This document shows positions 17,984-27,815 of a DNA stretch of 32,000 nt, piece by piece. A program made the position numbers and the translations under genes. The stretch is from the NCBI RefSeq assembly GCF_018398935.1, contig NZ_CP074694.1:1200001-1232000 (forward strand), in the 5' to 3' direction. The stretch's first letter is position 1. Each line of letters begins with the position of its first letter. The stretch comes from Telmatocola sphagniphila. Lineage in GTDB: Bacteria > Planctomycetota > Planctomycetia > Gemmatales > Gemmataceae. The notes below the pieces were generated by a model. It searched no databases. It was given only the letters and a program-made list of their open reading frames with translations, and was not told the origin of the DNA.

Positions 17984-19201
17984 ATGACAGAATCCCAAGT
18001 ACTGACTATTTCAGCAATTACGGCAACCATCAAACAGTTGCTGGAAGCGGGATTTCCCCAGGTGTGGGTGGCAGGGGAAATTTCCAACCTCAGTCGTCCG
18101 GCTTCCAAACATCTCTATTTTGCATTGCGGGACAGTCAGGCCCAGTTGAAATGTGTGATGTACCGCAGTTCTGCGGAACGCTGCCCGTTTGACTTACACG
18201 ATGGCCTGGAGATTCTGGCTAAAGGCCGCATTACAGTTTATCCTCCCAGCGGCCAGTATCAACTGATCGTCGATGCCATCCAACCCAAGGGTATGGGTCT
18301 TCAGGAGTTGAAACTCCGGCAACTCAAAGAAAAGTTGCAGAAGCTCGGCTACTTCAGCTCGGAACGAAAACGCCCCCTGCCGAAGTTTCCACGTCGGATC
18401 GCTTTAGTGACGAGCCCGACTGGAGCAGCTATTCGAGACATGCTCGAGGTCTTTCGATCTCGCTGGCCGGTTGCGGAAATTCTTTTATTTCCCGTTCGGG
18501 TTCAGGGGGATACGGCTCCCGCCGAGATAGCTCGGGCCATCAGAATCTCAAATGAAACTCCTCTGGCGGGATACCCCATCGACCTATTAATTGTGGGTCG
18601 GGGAGGAGGTTCCGCAGAGGATCTGTCTGCCTTTGATACGGAAATCGTTGCGGATGCGATTTTTGAGTCGCGTATTCCGGTGATTAGTGCCGTCGGGCAC
18701 GAAATCGATGTGAGTATATCGGATATGGTGGCCGATTATCGCGCATTGACCCCCACCCAGGCCGCGGTGGCCTGCACTCCCGTTCGCGACGAATTATTAA
18801 GTAATCTGGAAGCGAACCTGTCGCGGTTGGGAGAGTTACTCCGGCAGAAAGCGGAGCGAATTCGCGTCAGACTTGATTCGATAGTGCGACACCAGGCGTT
18901 TAGAAGTCCTCTGGATGGCATTCGGGATCGCGAACAGCGTCTGGACTTGCTGGCCGACCGACTGCTCCGAAACTGGCAGGACAGAAAATCCCGCTACCAA
19001 AATCAACTCGTCACCGCTTCCGCAAAGCTCGAATCACTGAGCCCGCTCAAAGTACTAAGTCGAGGTTACAGCCTCACCCAGGAAATAGAAACCTCTAAGA
19101 TAGCTACAACGAAAGAATTGAAAATCGATCAGCGAATTCGAACGCGTCTGGCGGATGGGGAGATCATCAGCCGAATCGAAGAGGTGAAGCCAGCGTCATG
19201 A
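17984..19201 (+). CDS. xseA: Exodeoxyribonuclease VII large subunit
   Basis: The ATG at 17984 gives the OB-fold N-terminus LTISAITATIKQLLEAGFPQVWVAGEISNLSRPASKHLYFALRD, which is co-linear with E. coli XseA. Catalytic region RGGGSAEDL, then a long helical C-terminus. Confidence 0.9.
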   Translation: MTESQVLTISAITATIKQLLEAGFPQVWVAGEISNLSRPASKHLYFALRDSQAQLKCVMYRSSAERCPFDLHDGLEILAKGRITVYPPSGQYQLIVDAIQPKGMGLQELKLRQLKEKLQKLGYFSSERKRPLPKFPRRIALVTSPTGAAIRDMLEVFRSRWPVAEILLFPVRVQGDTAPAEIARAIRISNETPLAGYPIDLLIVGRGGGSAEDLSAFDTEIVADAIFESRIPVISAVGHEIDVSISDMVADYRALTPTQAAVACTPVRDELLSNLEANLSRLGELLRQKAERIRVRLDSIVRHQAFRSPLDGIRDREQRLDLLADRLLRNWQDRKSRYQNQLVTASAKLESLSPLKVLSRGYSLTQEIETSKIATTKELKIDQRIRTRLADGEIISRIEEVKPAS

Positions 19202-19524
19202 GTGAAACACCGAAAAGCCTATCCATGGAAGAATCGCTCGCGGAACTGGAAGACATCCTTTCCGTCTTGGAAAGCAACACGACTTCCCTGGAAGAGAGCC
19301 TCTCTCAGTACGAAAGAGGCGTCAGCTTGCTCAAACAGTGTTACGCGACGTTGAGCCAGGCGGAATTGAAAATCCTGAAGCTCACGGGTTCCGAGGATGG
19401 CACTCTGAAATTTGAAAATTTTTCACACACGGCGTCCTCGGAAACCCCCGCCGAGGAAGCGAAGCCAGCGACGCGAGCACGCCGGAAAGCGTCGAAAGCG
19501 GATAATGAAGAACTTCCTTTCTGA
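19198..19524 (+). CDS. xseB: Exodeoxyribonuclease VII small subunit
   Basis: ATGA overlap with xseA. XseB core [40 protein letters not shown]. Has an acidic/basic C-terminal extension. Confidence 0.88.
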   Translation: [108 protein letters not shown]

Positions 19525-19569
19525 GACGATTCTCTGGGAAATTTCCAAGTCTTTCATAACTCCATAATC

Positions 19570-20484
19570 ATGGCAAATTTTCAGGAATGGGCTAAGTCGC
19601 ATCAGCAGTCGGTTGAGGAATATCTTCAGGTATGGCTCTCGGACCAGCTGAACGGCGCTCCGAAAATTCTCAAAGAGGCCATGCTTTACAGCCTGATGGC
19701 CGGCGGTAAACGTGTTCGACCGCTTCTGGTTTTCGCAGCTGTAGAAGCTTTAGGTGGGAATTCTCATCAGGCCCTGCCGGCGGCCGCGGCCGTTGAATGC
19801 GTTCACACCTATTCTTTGATTCATGACGACCTACCGGCGATGGATGACGATGATCTTCGTCGGGGGAAGCCGACATCGCATAAAGTCTTCGGAGAAGCGC
19901 TTGCCATTCTCGCTGGGGATGCGTTGCTTACCTTAGCCTTCGAAATCCTGGCCAAGGATTATTCCTCCAATCCCGCTCCGGTCCTCGCGCTGGCTTTGGG
20001 GGCAGGGCCAATAGGCATGGTCGGCGGTCAGGTCCTCGATTTAATTGCCGATGGCCAGATCGCCGATGCCGAGTGTGATCGAGATAAGAACGACCAGCTC
20101 TTTCTGAAGAATATTCAGACCCGGAAAACCGGGGCACTCTTCCTGGCTTCCGTCCGATTGGGATACGAAGTCGCCTGTCTGGAAATGTCGCAAATCGAGG
20201 AATACTGGCAAAATCTCGAAATCTATGGGAATTCCTTCGGTCAGGCGTTCCAAATCACTGATGATCTGCTGGATTTACACAGCGATGAACAGACTGCGGG
20301 GAAAAAAACGAAAAAGGATGCGGGGCGAGGTAAGCTGACCTATCCCGGTTTGATCGGCATCGAGCAGAGCGAGTTGGAAGCAGAGAAGCATTTCAATCGC
20401 GGATTGAAGGCTATTGAAGTATTCGGCGAGAAGGCCTCCCCCTTAAAAGATTTGTTGCTCGCCCTAAGAAATCGCAAAAAGTAA
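19570..20484 (+). CDS. ispA: (2E,6E)-farnesyl diphosphate synthase / polyprenyl synthetase
   Basis: First Asp-rich motif HTYSLIHDDLPAMDDDDLRRGKPT (Tyr at -5, as in E. coli IspA) and second motif FQITDDLLD. Confidence 0.9.
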   Translation: MANFQEWAKSHQQSVEEYLQVWLSDQLNGAPKILKEAMLYSLMAGGKRVRPLLVFAAVEALGGNSHQALPAAAAVECVHTYSLIHDDLPAMDDDDLRRGKPTSHKVFGEALAILAGDALLTLAFEILAKDYSSNPAPVLALALGAGPIGMVGGQVLDLIADGQIADAECDRDKNDQLFLKNIQTRKTGALFLASVRLGYEVACLEMSQIEEYWQNLEIYGNSFGQAFQITDDLLDLHSDEQTAGKKTKKDAGRGKLTYPGLIGIEQSELEAEKHFNRGLKAIEVFGEKASPLKDLLLALRNRKK

Positions 20485-20589
20485 TTCGCTTGGCGTGCGA
20501 ACAGACTATCATACCTTCGTAGAGGTATATACCTGTTAGCCGAGAGCAGGGCCGGGTTTGGAAAGGATTTAGTCTTGAAGGATTCCACA

Positions 20590-22515
20590 ATGGGCTTGTT
20601 ACTGTCTCAAATTGAATCTCCCGCGGACCTCAAGCGACTGTCGGACGAACAACTCAATCAGTTGACGCAGGAAATTCGAGACGAGCTCGTGAGAATCATG
20701 AGCATTCGCCCCGCTCACTTCGCCAGCAATCTGGGCGTGGTCGAACTCTGTCTGGCTTTGCATCTCACTTTCGATTTTTCCCGGGACCGCTTGATTTGGG
20801 ACACAGGCCATCAGATTTACCCGCAGAAACTGATTACCGGCCGCTATCGACAATTTAGTTCGATACGCACAAAAGGCGGTCTGATGGGATATCCCAATCC
20901 CAATGAGAGCATTTACGATCTATTCATGACCGGGCACGCCGGTAGCAGCGTCTCCACCGTTTCGGGGTTGAAAGCGGCCGATGATTTAATGGGTCAGAGC
21001 GAACGTAAAGCTGTGGCCGTGATCGGTGATGGCGCTTTCGTTTCCGGCGTGGTTTATGAGGCTATTAACAACATTTCCGGCATGGATCAGAATGTCCTGG
21101 TGATTCTCAACGACAACAAGATGTCGATATGTCCTCGTACCGGCGGTCTGGCCCGATATCTCGATAAAACCCGGATGACCGAATTCTACCAGGGATCCAA
21201 GAAGACCATTAGCAAAGTTCTGCACACCATTCCTTACATAGGCGAAAAAGCTCAGCATGCCCTGGAACATCTCCGCGATGGCATGAAAGGAGCAATTCTA
21301 CGCGAGGGAATGCTGTTTGAAGAGATGGGTTTCCGCTATTTCGGCCCCGTCGATGGACACGACCTCAACAATCTACGAACGATCCTCGCGGATTTGAAAA
21401 ATCAGAAGGGCCCGTTGCTGCTGCATGTGTTCACCAATAAAGGCGAGGGGGTTCCGGAAGCCAGTGCCGACCCCGTCAAGTTCCACACTCCCCCGGTGAT
21501 CACGAAGCTCGGTCCAGAACGTACGGTCCTCGAGCTGAAAGCCGGGGGCGCGCGAGCTTACACCGATTCGATGAGTGATGCCATCCATCAGGCCATGGTT
21601 GCGGATGAAAAGGTGGCCATCCTCACGGCTGCAATGTGCCAGGGAAACAAACTGGAGAAGGTCCGCGAGAGTTTCCCCACCCGATTCTTCGATGTCGGAA
21701 TCTGCGAATCGCATGCCGTCGCTTTCGCAGGCGGCATGGCCAAAGCAGGAATGAAGCCAATCGTGGATATCTACTCCACCTTCCTTCAGAGAGCTTTCGA
21801 TCAGATCTTCCAGGAAGTGGCTCTTCAGAATCTCCCCGTTGTCTTCACCATGGATCGTGCGGGGCTTACCGGCCCAGACGGACCGACGCATCACGGCGTA
21901 TTCGATATCCCTTACATGCGATTATTCCCGAATATGATCTGCATGGCCCCTGGGGATGAAACGGAAGTCGAGCCTATGCTGCAGTTTGCACTGCAGCAGA
22001 AGAGTCCCACTTCCATTCGATACCCCAAAACGAATCTGGAAAAGGTTGAGAGGCCCAAAGCTCCAATTCGACTGGGTAAAGCCGAGACCGTGCTGGAAGG
22101 CGTGGACGGGACTTTTGTGGCGTTTGGTGCCATCATGCCCTCCTGCTATCAGGCGGTTCTGAAACTGCGGGCCGAAGGAATGCAGATTGGTCTGATTAAC
22201 GCCCGATTCGTGAAGCCGCTCGATTCGGAAACGATCCTGGGCGCTCTGAAGCACACGAAGTTCATACTCACAGTGGAAGAAGGCACTCTCGAGGGAGGTT
22301 TCGGGAGTGCTGTTTTGGAAGCCGCTAATCGAGCCAACTTGGATTCGCGAAAGATTATTCGGGTCGGCCTGCCAGATCGTTTCATCGATCATGCAGAGCG
22401 CCACGAACTCCTCGCGGAACTGGGCTTGGATGTCGAAGGGCTTTGTAAGTCGATGCGAAAGGCCAACGAGCAATTCACTGAATCCCACACCGAACTCACG
22501 GAATCGCTACGCTGA
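20590..22515 (+). CDS. dxs: 1-deoxy-D-xylulose-5-phosphate synthase
   Basis: The ATG at 20590 follows GAAGGA. N-terminus LLSQIESPADLKRLSDEQLNQL, WDTGHQIYPQKLITGR, TPP-binding VIGDGAFVSGVVYEAINN, transketolase-like middle and C domains. Classical xseB-ispA-dxs synteny. Confidence 0.95.
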   Translation: MGLLLSQIESPADLKRLSDEQLNQLTQEIRDELVRIMSIRPAHFASNLGVVELCLALHLTFDFSRDRLIWDTGHQIYPQKLITGRYRQFSSIRTKGGLMGYPNPNESIYDLFMTGHAGSSVSTVSGLKAADDLMGQSERKAVAVIGDGAFVSGVVYEAINNISGMDQNVLVILNDNKMSICPRTGGLARYLDKTRMTEFYQGSKKTISKVLHTIPYIGEKAQHALEHLRDGMKGAILREGMLFEEMGFRYFGPVDGHDLNNLRTILADLKNQKGPLLLHVFTNKGEGVPEASADPVKFHTPPVITKLGPERTVLELKAGGARAYTDSMSDAIHQAMVADEKVAILTAAMCQGNKLEKVRESFPTRFFDVGICESHAVAFAGGMAKAGMKPIVDIYSTFLQRAFDQIFQEVALQNLPVVFTMDRAGLTGPDGPTHHGVFDIPYMRLFPNMICMAPGDETEVEPMLQFALQQKSPTSIRYPKTNLEKVERPKAPIRLGKAETVLEGVDGTFVAFGAIMPSCYQAVLKLRAEGMQIGLINARFVKPLDSETILGALKHTKFILTVEEGTLEGGFGSAVLEAANRANLDSRKIIRVGLPDRFIDHAERHELLAELGLDVEGLCKSMRKANEQFTESHTELTESLR

Positions 22516-22715
22516 GCACAAGTTGTTCCTATTCCGATTGACCACCGATTGAGCTCCGATGATGGGCGACAGCAATTTGTTGCAGTATTTTAAGAGTCGG
22601 TGAAATTCTTGAATGTAAGCTTGTATATGCTGAATTTCTGAAAAATTTGATGGGGATCCGAAAGGATTCTTGCTATACTGCGACGGAATTTGAGGATTCA
22701 GCAGAAGGATATTTC

Positions 22716-23114
22716 ATGAGTACGACCGGCAATTCTGCAGAGCGGTATGCCAGCTCGGAAGACACGTTTCAGATCAAACGCTATGGTGATATTGCAATTA
22801 TTATCCCTTCGTCCTCGATAGAAAGTTTACCCAGTAATCTGATCGAGCCCGCCGCGCAAATGGTTCTGGCTCCCCTTAAAGAAAATCCGCCCACTCATTT
22901 GATCGTCGATCTTTCCAATGTCAGCTACTTTGGCTCCGAATTTATCACCTTCCTGCTTCGCTGCCATCTTCTGGTCAAGAAACGGGATAGTGAGTTGGTG
23001 CTGGCGGGATTGGGAGATCGGATTCGCGAATTGCTCCATCAAACTGCGCTGGATACGCTCTGGGCCATCTACGATGATCGGGCGACTGCGATTGCAGCGC
23101 TAAGCGGGGATTGA
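22716..23114 (+). CDS. STAS-domain protein (anti-sigma-factor-antagonist-like)
   Basis: The ATG at 22716 follows GAAGGA. STAS pattern: HLIVDLSNVSYFGSEFITFLL (Ser at the SpoIIAA-type phosphosite position), then LVLAGLGDRIRELLHQTALDTLWAIYDD. Confidence 0.8.
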   Translation: MSTTGNSAERYASSEDTFQIKRYGDIAIIIPSSSIESLPSNLIEPAAQMVLAPLKENPPTHLIVDLSNVSYFGSEFITFLLRCHLLVKKRDSELVLAGLGDRIRELLHQTALDTLWAIYDDRATAIAALSGD

Positions 23115-23215
23115 ACGTTGGCGTGAATATCTCCCAATTTCTCAGGCAAATCACGATTAGGGGAATTGAACCCTATTCTGATTATCCGCCTTCCCATTTC
23201 TTACGCGAGAAATCA

Positions 23216-24259
23216 ATGGACTCTGAAAAGTCCGAAAATCCCGAAATACCTCTGGAAATTCCGCCCTACGGCGGAAACCCGAAACGACGTCGGGATACTT
23301 CAAATTACTCGGTGGAAGATTTCGCCCGGGAAATCAAAGAAACGGCGGATAAACTCGTCAGCGATGGGGCTAACCGCGGAGACATCAAACTTATTTCGAG
23401 TGCACTGAAAGAACTTCGTTATTGCTTCAAGGTATTCAACAATTACAAGGGTCGACCCAAGGTCACGATTTTCGGTTCCGCTCGAACTAAACCGCAGGAG
23501 AAACTTTATAAAGTTGCGGTCGATTTCGGCCGCGAGATTGTCAAAGCGGGCTACATGGTAATCACCGGAGCCGCCAGTGGCATTATGGAAGCCGGTCACG
23601 AAGGCGCGGAACGGGAAATGTCTATTGGCGTCAACATTCAGCTTCCTTTCGAGCAGTTTGCCAATCCGATCATACTCGGCGACCAGAAGCTGATGACCAT
23701 GAAGTACTTCTTCACCCGAAAACTGATGTTCGTGAAAGAAACGGATGCCGTGGTGTTATTCCCCGGGGGTTTTGGAACTCACGATGAAGGGTTTGAAGTT
23801 CTGACACTGATTCAAACGGGCAAAAGTCATATGTTCCCGGTTGTATGTCTGGATGAACCGGGCGGGACCTACTGGAAATTATGGGATAATTTCATTCGCG
23901 AAGAATTGCTGGCGAAAAAAATGATTTCGCCCGCGGATCTTTCGCTGTACAGCGTTACAGATGACGTGAACGAGGCCGTTCGAGAAATTCAAACGTTTTA
24001 CCGAGTGTACCATTCAATGAGATACGTTCGCGGTGAACTCGTTTTACGCTTGAAACAATCGATATCTCCCTCCACCCTGGAAGATATTCGCGCGGAGTAC
24101 GCCGATATCTGCCCTAGTGGCAATTTCGAGTTGACCAAGGCTTTGCCCGCTGAGGCCAATGAACCGGCCCTAGCCGATCTGCCGAGACTGAAATTCAAAT
24201 TTGACCGCAGGGCTCACGGCCGGTTGCGCCAACTCATAAACCATATAAATCGGGCTTGA
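23216..24259 (+). CDS. LOG/TIGR00730-family protein (nucleotide 5'-monophosphate nucleosidase-like) with a C-terminal extension of about 110 aa
   Basis: LOG motifs VTIFGSART, ITGAASGIMEAGHEGA and PGGFGTHDEGFEVLT. The start is uncertain: the frame is open from 23111, and the first ATG is at 23216. Confidence 0.8.
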   Translation: MDSEKSENPEIPLEIPPYGGNPKRRRDTSNYSVEDFAREIKETADKLVSDGANRGDIKLISSALKELRYCFKVFNNYKGRPKVTIFGSARTKPQEKLYKVAVDFGREIVKAGYMVITGAASGIMEAGHEGAEREMSIGVNIQLPFEQFANPIILGDQKLMTMKYFFTRKLMFVKETDAVVLFPGGFGTHDEGFEVLTLIQTGKSHMFPVVCLDEPGGTYWKLWDNFIREELLAKKMISPADLSLYSVTDDVNEAVREIQTFYRVYHSMRYVRGELVLRLKQSISPSTLEDIRAEYADICPSGNFELTKALPAEANEPALADLPRLKFKFDRRAHGRLRQLINHINRA

Positions 24260-24347
24260 GTCTAACTTTCTGTTTCCTCTGTTCGTATTTTGAATAGTAA
24301 AATAAGTGTTTACGTAAATAATCGAATCTATTTCGCGGGAGCGTTCG

Positions 24348-24935
24348 ATGAAGCGGTTAACTGGTTTTCTGGTTCTCTTTCTCTGTTTCGGATCCTACGT
24401 ATATGCCCAAGAGGCCAAATCGTCTCCTTTCTATCCTTTGAAGAAGGGGGCTTCCTGGACCTACAAGTCCAGTCAGGGTGGGGAAATTCTGGTGAAAGTC
24501 ACTGGCACGGATAAAATCGGCGACAAAACGGGATGGAAGCTCGAAACCACTGTGAACACAAAGTTGGCGGCCACCGAATTGATCGAGATTCGTGATGACG
24601 GATTCTATCGCTACTCCATCAATACCACGAAGGTGGACACGCCGGTGAAATTCTTCAAACTGCCTCCTGCCAAAGGCGACAGCTGGGATTTCGATTTCAA
24701 AGTTCAAAACCAGACCGTTAAAGGCAAATACGAGATTAAAGTGGAAGACGTGACCGTCAACGGGACACCCTATAAAGGGGCCTTTCTCGTTGAAGGCAAG
24801 GACATCACGATCGGCGATAAGAAAGCCGTTCTGAAGCAGTGGTTCGTGGAGAACGTTGGCATTGTCAAGATTCAGTTCTCCCTCGATGGCCAGGAAGGGA
24901 TTCTGGAACTCGTAAAGCATGAACCCGGCAGCTGA
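24348..24935 (+). CDS. Secreted beta-rich protein of unknown function (signal peptide)
   Basis: GGGAG RBS. Signal peptide MKRLTGFLVLFLCFGSYVYA|QE. Followed by a strong terminator. Shares motifs with the ORFs at 6805 and 15769. Confidence 0.75.
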   Translation: MKRLTGFLVLFLCFGSYVYAQEAKSSPFYPLKKGASWTYKSSQGGEILVKVTGTDKIGDKTGWKLETTVNTKLAATELIEIRDDGFYRYSINTTKVDTPVKFFKLPPAKGDSWDFDFKVQNQTVKGKYEIKVEDVTVNGTPYKGAFLVEGKDITIGDKKAVLKQWFVENVGIVKIQFSLDGQEGILELVKHEPGS

Positions 24936-24964
24936 GTAGTAGCTTCTGGATTTTGGCCTACGTG

Positions 24965-24997
24965 GGCTCACCCGGCTGTGGTGAGCCGTTTTATTTT
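24965..24997 (+). terminator. Rho-independent terminator
   Basis: GGCTCACC-cggctgt-GGTGAGCC (8-bp GC-rich stem, 7-nt loop) followed by GTTTTATTTT. Confidence 0.75.
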
Positions 24998-25011
24998 AGC
25001 GAGGTCTTTTG

Positions 25012-25926
25012 ATGGCTCCAGCCACGTTCTCCGATCGTCTTTACAATTCGATTCGAGAGAAAAACAGCGTTCTCTGTGTGGGACTCGATCCACGTTGGGA
25101 ACTTCTGCCGCTCGACCTCCGAAATAGCTGCCATGGCTTGGGACTCGAAAAAATCGCCCGCAGTTATTCAAATTTTTGCTCTGAAGTCATCGATATCGTT
25201 GCGCCTTACGTTCCAGTGGTGAAACCGCAGAGTGCTTTTTTTGAGGCTTGCGGAGCCGCCGGGATTTTGGCGCTGGGTGCCGTGATCGATCACGCTCGTT
25301 CCAAAGGGCTGCTCGTGATTCTCGATGCGAAGCGGGGGGATATTTCGACGACCGGGGAAGCCTATGCGAAGACTGCTTTCACCGGAGCAGACTACGAAGG
25401 ACAGCATTATTCGCTTTTCGCAGCGGACTCGCTGACGGTGAATCCCTACCTGGGCGAGGATTCCTTGGAGCCGTTTCTGACGGAAGCGGAAAAAGTGCAG
25501 GGCGGGATATTCGTACTTTTGCGGACGAGTAATCCCGGGTCGGGACTATTTCAGAATCTGATCTGCGAAGGCAAGCCACTCTATTACCATGTGGCGGACG
25601 CTATCAGCCGATGGAACTATGTCACTATCCGTTCTCACGGTTACGGCAGCATCGGAGCCGTGGTTGGTGCCACCAATCCGAGGGATCTCAAAGAACTTCG
25701 CTCGTACATGCCAGGCGTCTGGTTCCTGGTACCGGGGTATGGTGCTCAGGGAGGGACTGCAGAGGATGTGCGAGAAAGCTTCGACGATAACGGATTCGGG
25801 GCGATTGTGAACAGTTCTCGAGGAATCACTTTTTGCTTCAAGCCGGACAGCAAGGATTGGAAAGCGGCCATTCGACTTGCAGTGGAAAAGACCAACCAGC
25901 AATTGAATGCGGTTCGTTCGCGCTAG
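25012..25926 (+). CDS. pyrF: Orotidine-5'-phosphate decarboxylase, type 2 (long form)
   Basis: LCVGLDPR, catalytic DAKRGDI, PGYGAQGG near the C-terminus. The roughly 300-aa length is typical of type-2 PyrF. Confidence 0.9.
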   Translation: MAPATFSDRLYNSIREKNSVLCVGLDPRWELLPLDLRNSCHGLGLEKIARSYSNFCSEVIDIVAPYVPVVKPQSAFFEACGAAGILALGAVIDHARSKGLLVILDAKRGDISTTGEAYAKTAFTGADYEGQHYSLFAADSLTVNPYLGEDSLEPFLTEAEKVQGGIFVLLRTSNPGSGLFQNLICEGKPLYYHVADAISRWNYVTIRSHGYGSIGAVVGATNPRDLKELRSYMPGVWFLVPGYGAQGGTAEDVRESFDDNGFGAIVNSSRGITFCFKPDSKDWKAAIRLAVEKTNQQLNAVRSR

Positions 25927-26061
25927 AGATATCGTTTTTCATCTCCCGCTTTCGCCCTCGTGCCTTCACCACTTTACGGCTTTTCCAAATCAAATCGCCA
26001 GCGATTTTGCTAAAATACTCTTTGTGAACCTACCTTTAGTCTCTCCCTTTCGGAGCACTTC

Positions 26062-27003
26062 ATGTTGAAACGCTGTATTGCCGTTTTATGTCTGTCGCTG
26101 TTCGCGGCGTCCGCTCTTCAGGCGGATGAAAAAACCAAAAAATTGCTGCTGATCACGGATTCCGGCGGATTTGTGCACGATTCCGTGGGCCTTGCGGAAA
26201 AACTGTTGACGGAGCTCGGACCCAAATATGGCTGGGAAGTAACCTGTTTCCGATATACTCGCGACCCGGAAGCCGTCGGGAAGTTCGAAAAACGGGATGA
26301 AAAAGGCCAAGTAGTGAAGGAAGCCGGTACAAACAAACCTCTAATGGTTGAGCGTAAGATTCTCGATGAATACGCCGAGCGATTCGAGAAAATTACGAAA
26401 GTCCCAGTCGATAAGGCCCACATCGGCCGAATCAACAAGCAGACCCTGGCAAACTTCGACGCGATCCTTTTCTTCACCACGGGTAATCCGATGACGAAAG
26501 AAGAGACCAAAGAGCTGGTGGAGTGGGTCAAAGCCGGGCACGGCTACGCGGGAACGCACTGTGCCACGGACACGCTGTATAACGAGCCGGAATATGGCGA
26601 ACTGGTCGGCGGCTACTTCAACAGCCATCCCTGGCATCAGAAAATCAAGTTGGTTGTCGAGGACGCCAAGCATCCCGCCGGTGCCCCGTTCGCGGGTTCC
26701 ACGGAAATCACGGACGAGATCTATCAGTTCAAGACGCCCTATTCTCGCGAGCGTTTGCACATCATCCTGAGTGTGGATGTAAATACGATCGACTTGACAA
26801 AAAAGGACGTCAAACGAACTGACAAAGATTTCGCGGTTTCCTGGTGTCACGAAGTGGGTAAGGGCAAGGCCTTCTACACATCCCTCGGCCATCGCAAGGA
26901 AGTCTGGAGCGATCCGCGATTTCAGAAGCACCTCTTCGGAGGCTTGGATTGGGCTGTAGGTAGAATTGCCGCCGATGCCACACCCAGCCTGAGCAAACGA
27001 TAG
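26062..27003 (+). CDS. Secreted ThuA-domain protein (class I glutamine-amidotransferase-like fold)
   Basis: Signal peptide MLKRCIAVLCLSLFAASALQA. ThuA-like motifs GGFVHDS, GYAGTHCATDT, FNSHPWHQK and WCHEVGKGKAFYTSLGH. Confidence 0.85.
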   Translation: MLKRCIAVLCLSLFAASALQADEKTKKLLLITDSGGFVHDSVGLAEKLLTELGPKYGWEVTCFRYTRDPEAVGKFEKRDEKGQVVKEAGTNKPLMVERKILDEYAERFEKITKVPVDKAHIGRINKQTLANFDAILFFTTGNPMTKEETKELVEWVKAGHGYAGTHCATDTLYNEPEYGELVGGYFNSHPWHQKIKLVVEDAKHPAGAPFAGSTEITDEIYQFKTPYSRERLHIILSVDVNTIDLTKKDVKRTDKDFAVSWCHEVGKGKAFYTSLGHRKEVWSDPRFQKHLFGGLDWAVGRIAADATPSLSKR

Positions 27004-27023
27004 TCTTCGCGACTTCCAACGCA

Positions 27024-27066
27024 CTTCAGAGATCGGCATACGTTCGATTTCTGAAGCTTCCTTTTT
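27024..27066 (+). terminator. Rho-independent terminator
   Basis: CTTCAGAGATCG-gcatacgtt-CGATTTCTGAAG (12-bp stem with one G.U) followed by CTTCCTTTTT. It begins 21 nt after the ThuA stop codon. Confidence 0.6.
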
Positions 27067-27815
27067 GAAATTTCACGGCAGACCCAGCCAAGCTTTCAAA
27101 AATCGCGATTCAGCTTGAGAACGCCGATCAGGCTTCGGAAATTACGCCTACGCAAAATATTCTTCTGCTAGAGCAATCAAATTTCGCGCAAGTTCCAACT
27201 CGATTCCTCTGAGAAAATAGTTTTCTTTTTTTAGAATCATTCCTTTGAAAGCCCAAATATACCGTTCTACAGAAAATTATGTCCAGAATTTGGATAAGGT
27301 GTAGCGAATGTAAGATCTGCTTATGCGAAAACTCGAACGATCGCAACGCGAATGACAATGCGCTGACCGAATCGAGACTATCAATGTTTCGAACGGTAAT
27401 AACTCGGACGAGTTTCTCCTATCACTCAAAGGCTGGTAGGAAATCATCGGAAAAATTGCTGACTGGTATTGTCCCTTTTGGGATCGAACGCTCAGGCAAA
27501 TCTCTTTCATGCCTTTTCGCGTATTGAGGGAGAAGTGTATTGAATAGACAATTAGTATATATATTTCCGTTGTGTGATATTTAATTACAAACCAGTTGCA
27601 TCGTTATTCGACAATCCATGTTGTTTTGAGGAATTGAAAAAAGTTTCGATTAGTTCACGCTCATTTAGATCGTGTAGAGCGTAAGAGATGGGTACAGGGA
27701 AGACTTCGCAGAATCTCTTTAACTGCGACAAATAGTGTTATGAGTATTTTCAATCGGAACTCTATCGATTTGAATGTCATCATCAGGAAAGTGGGGCATC
27801 AAAAGTGAAACCGAA

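Noticed and set aside
24357-24971. 204-aa minus-strand ORF mirroring the whole secreted-protein gene at 24348-24935
   Set aside because: The plus-strand gene has an RBS, a canonical signal peptide and a strong downstream terminator in its own orientation. The antisense ORF starts inside that terminator and has no recognisable features.
26341-27039. 232-aa antisense ORF opposite the ThuA-like gene (and similarly 30370-31074 opposite the kinase, 21373-22488 opposite dxs)
   Set aside because: These are shadow ORFs. The sense strands encode proteins with clear family motifs, and the antisense products have none.
27279-27527. 82-aa plus-strand ORF and 76-aa minus-strand ORF (27128-27358) in the AT-rich tract
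   Set aside because: They have no RBS or motif, show odd Cys/Ser/Arg-rich composition, and overlap each other. They are most likely non-coding. Only the same-frame pair noted in the findings seemed worth a look.
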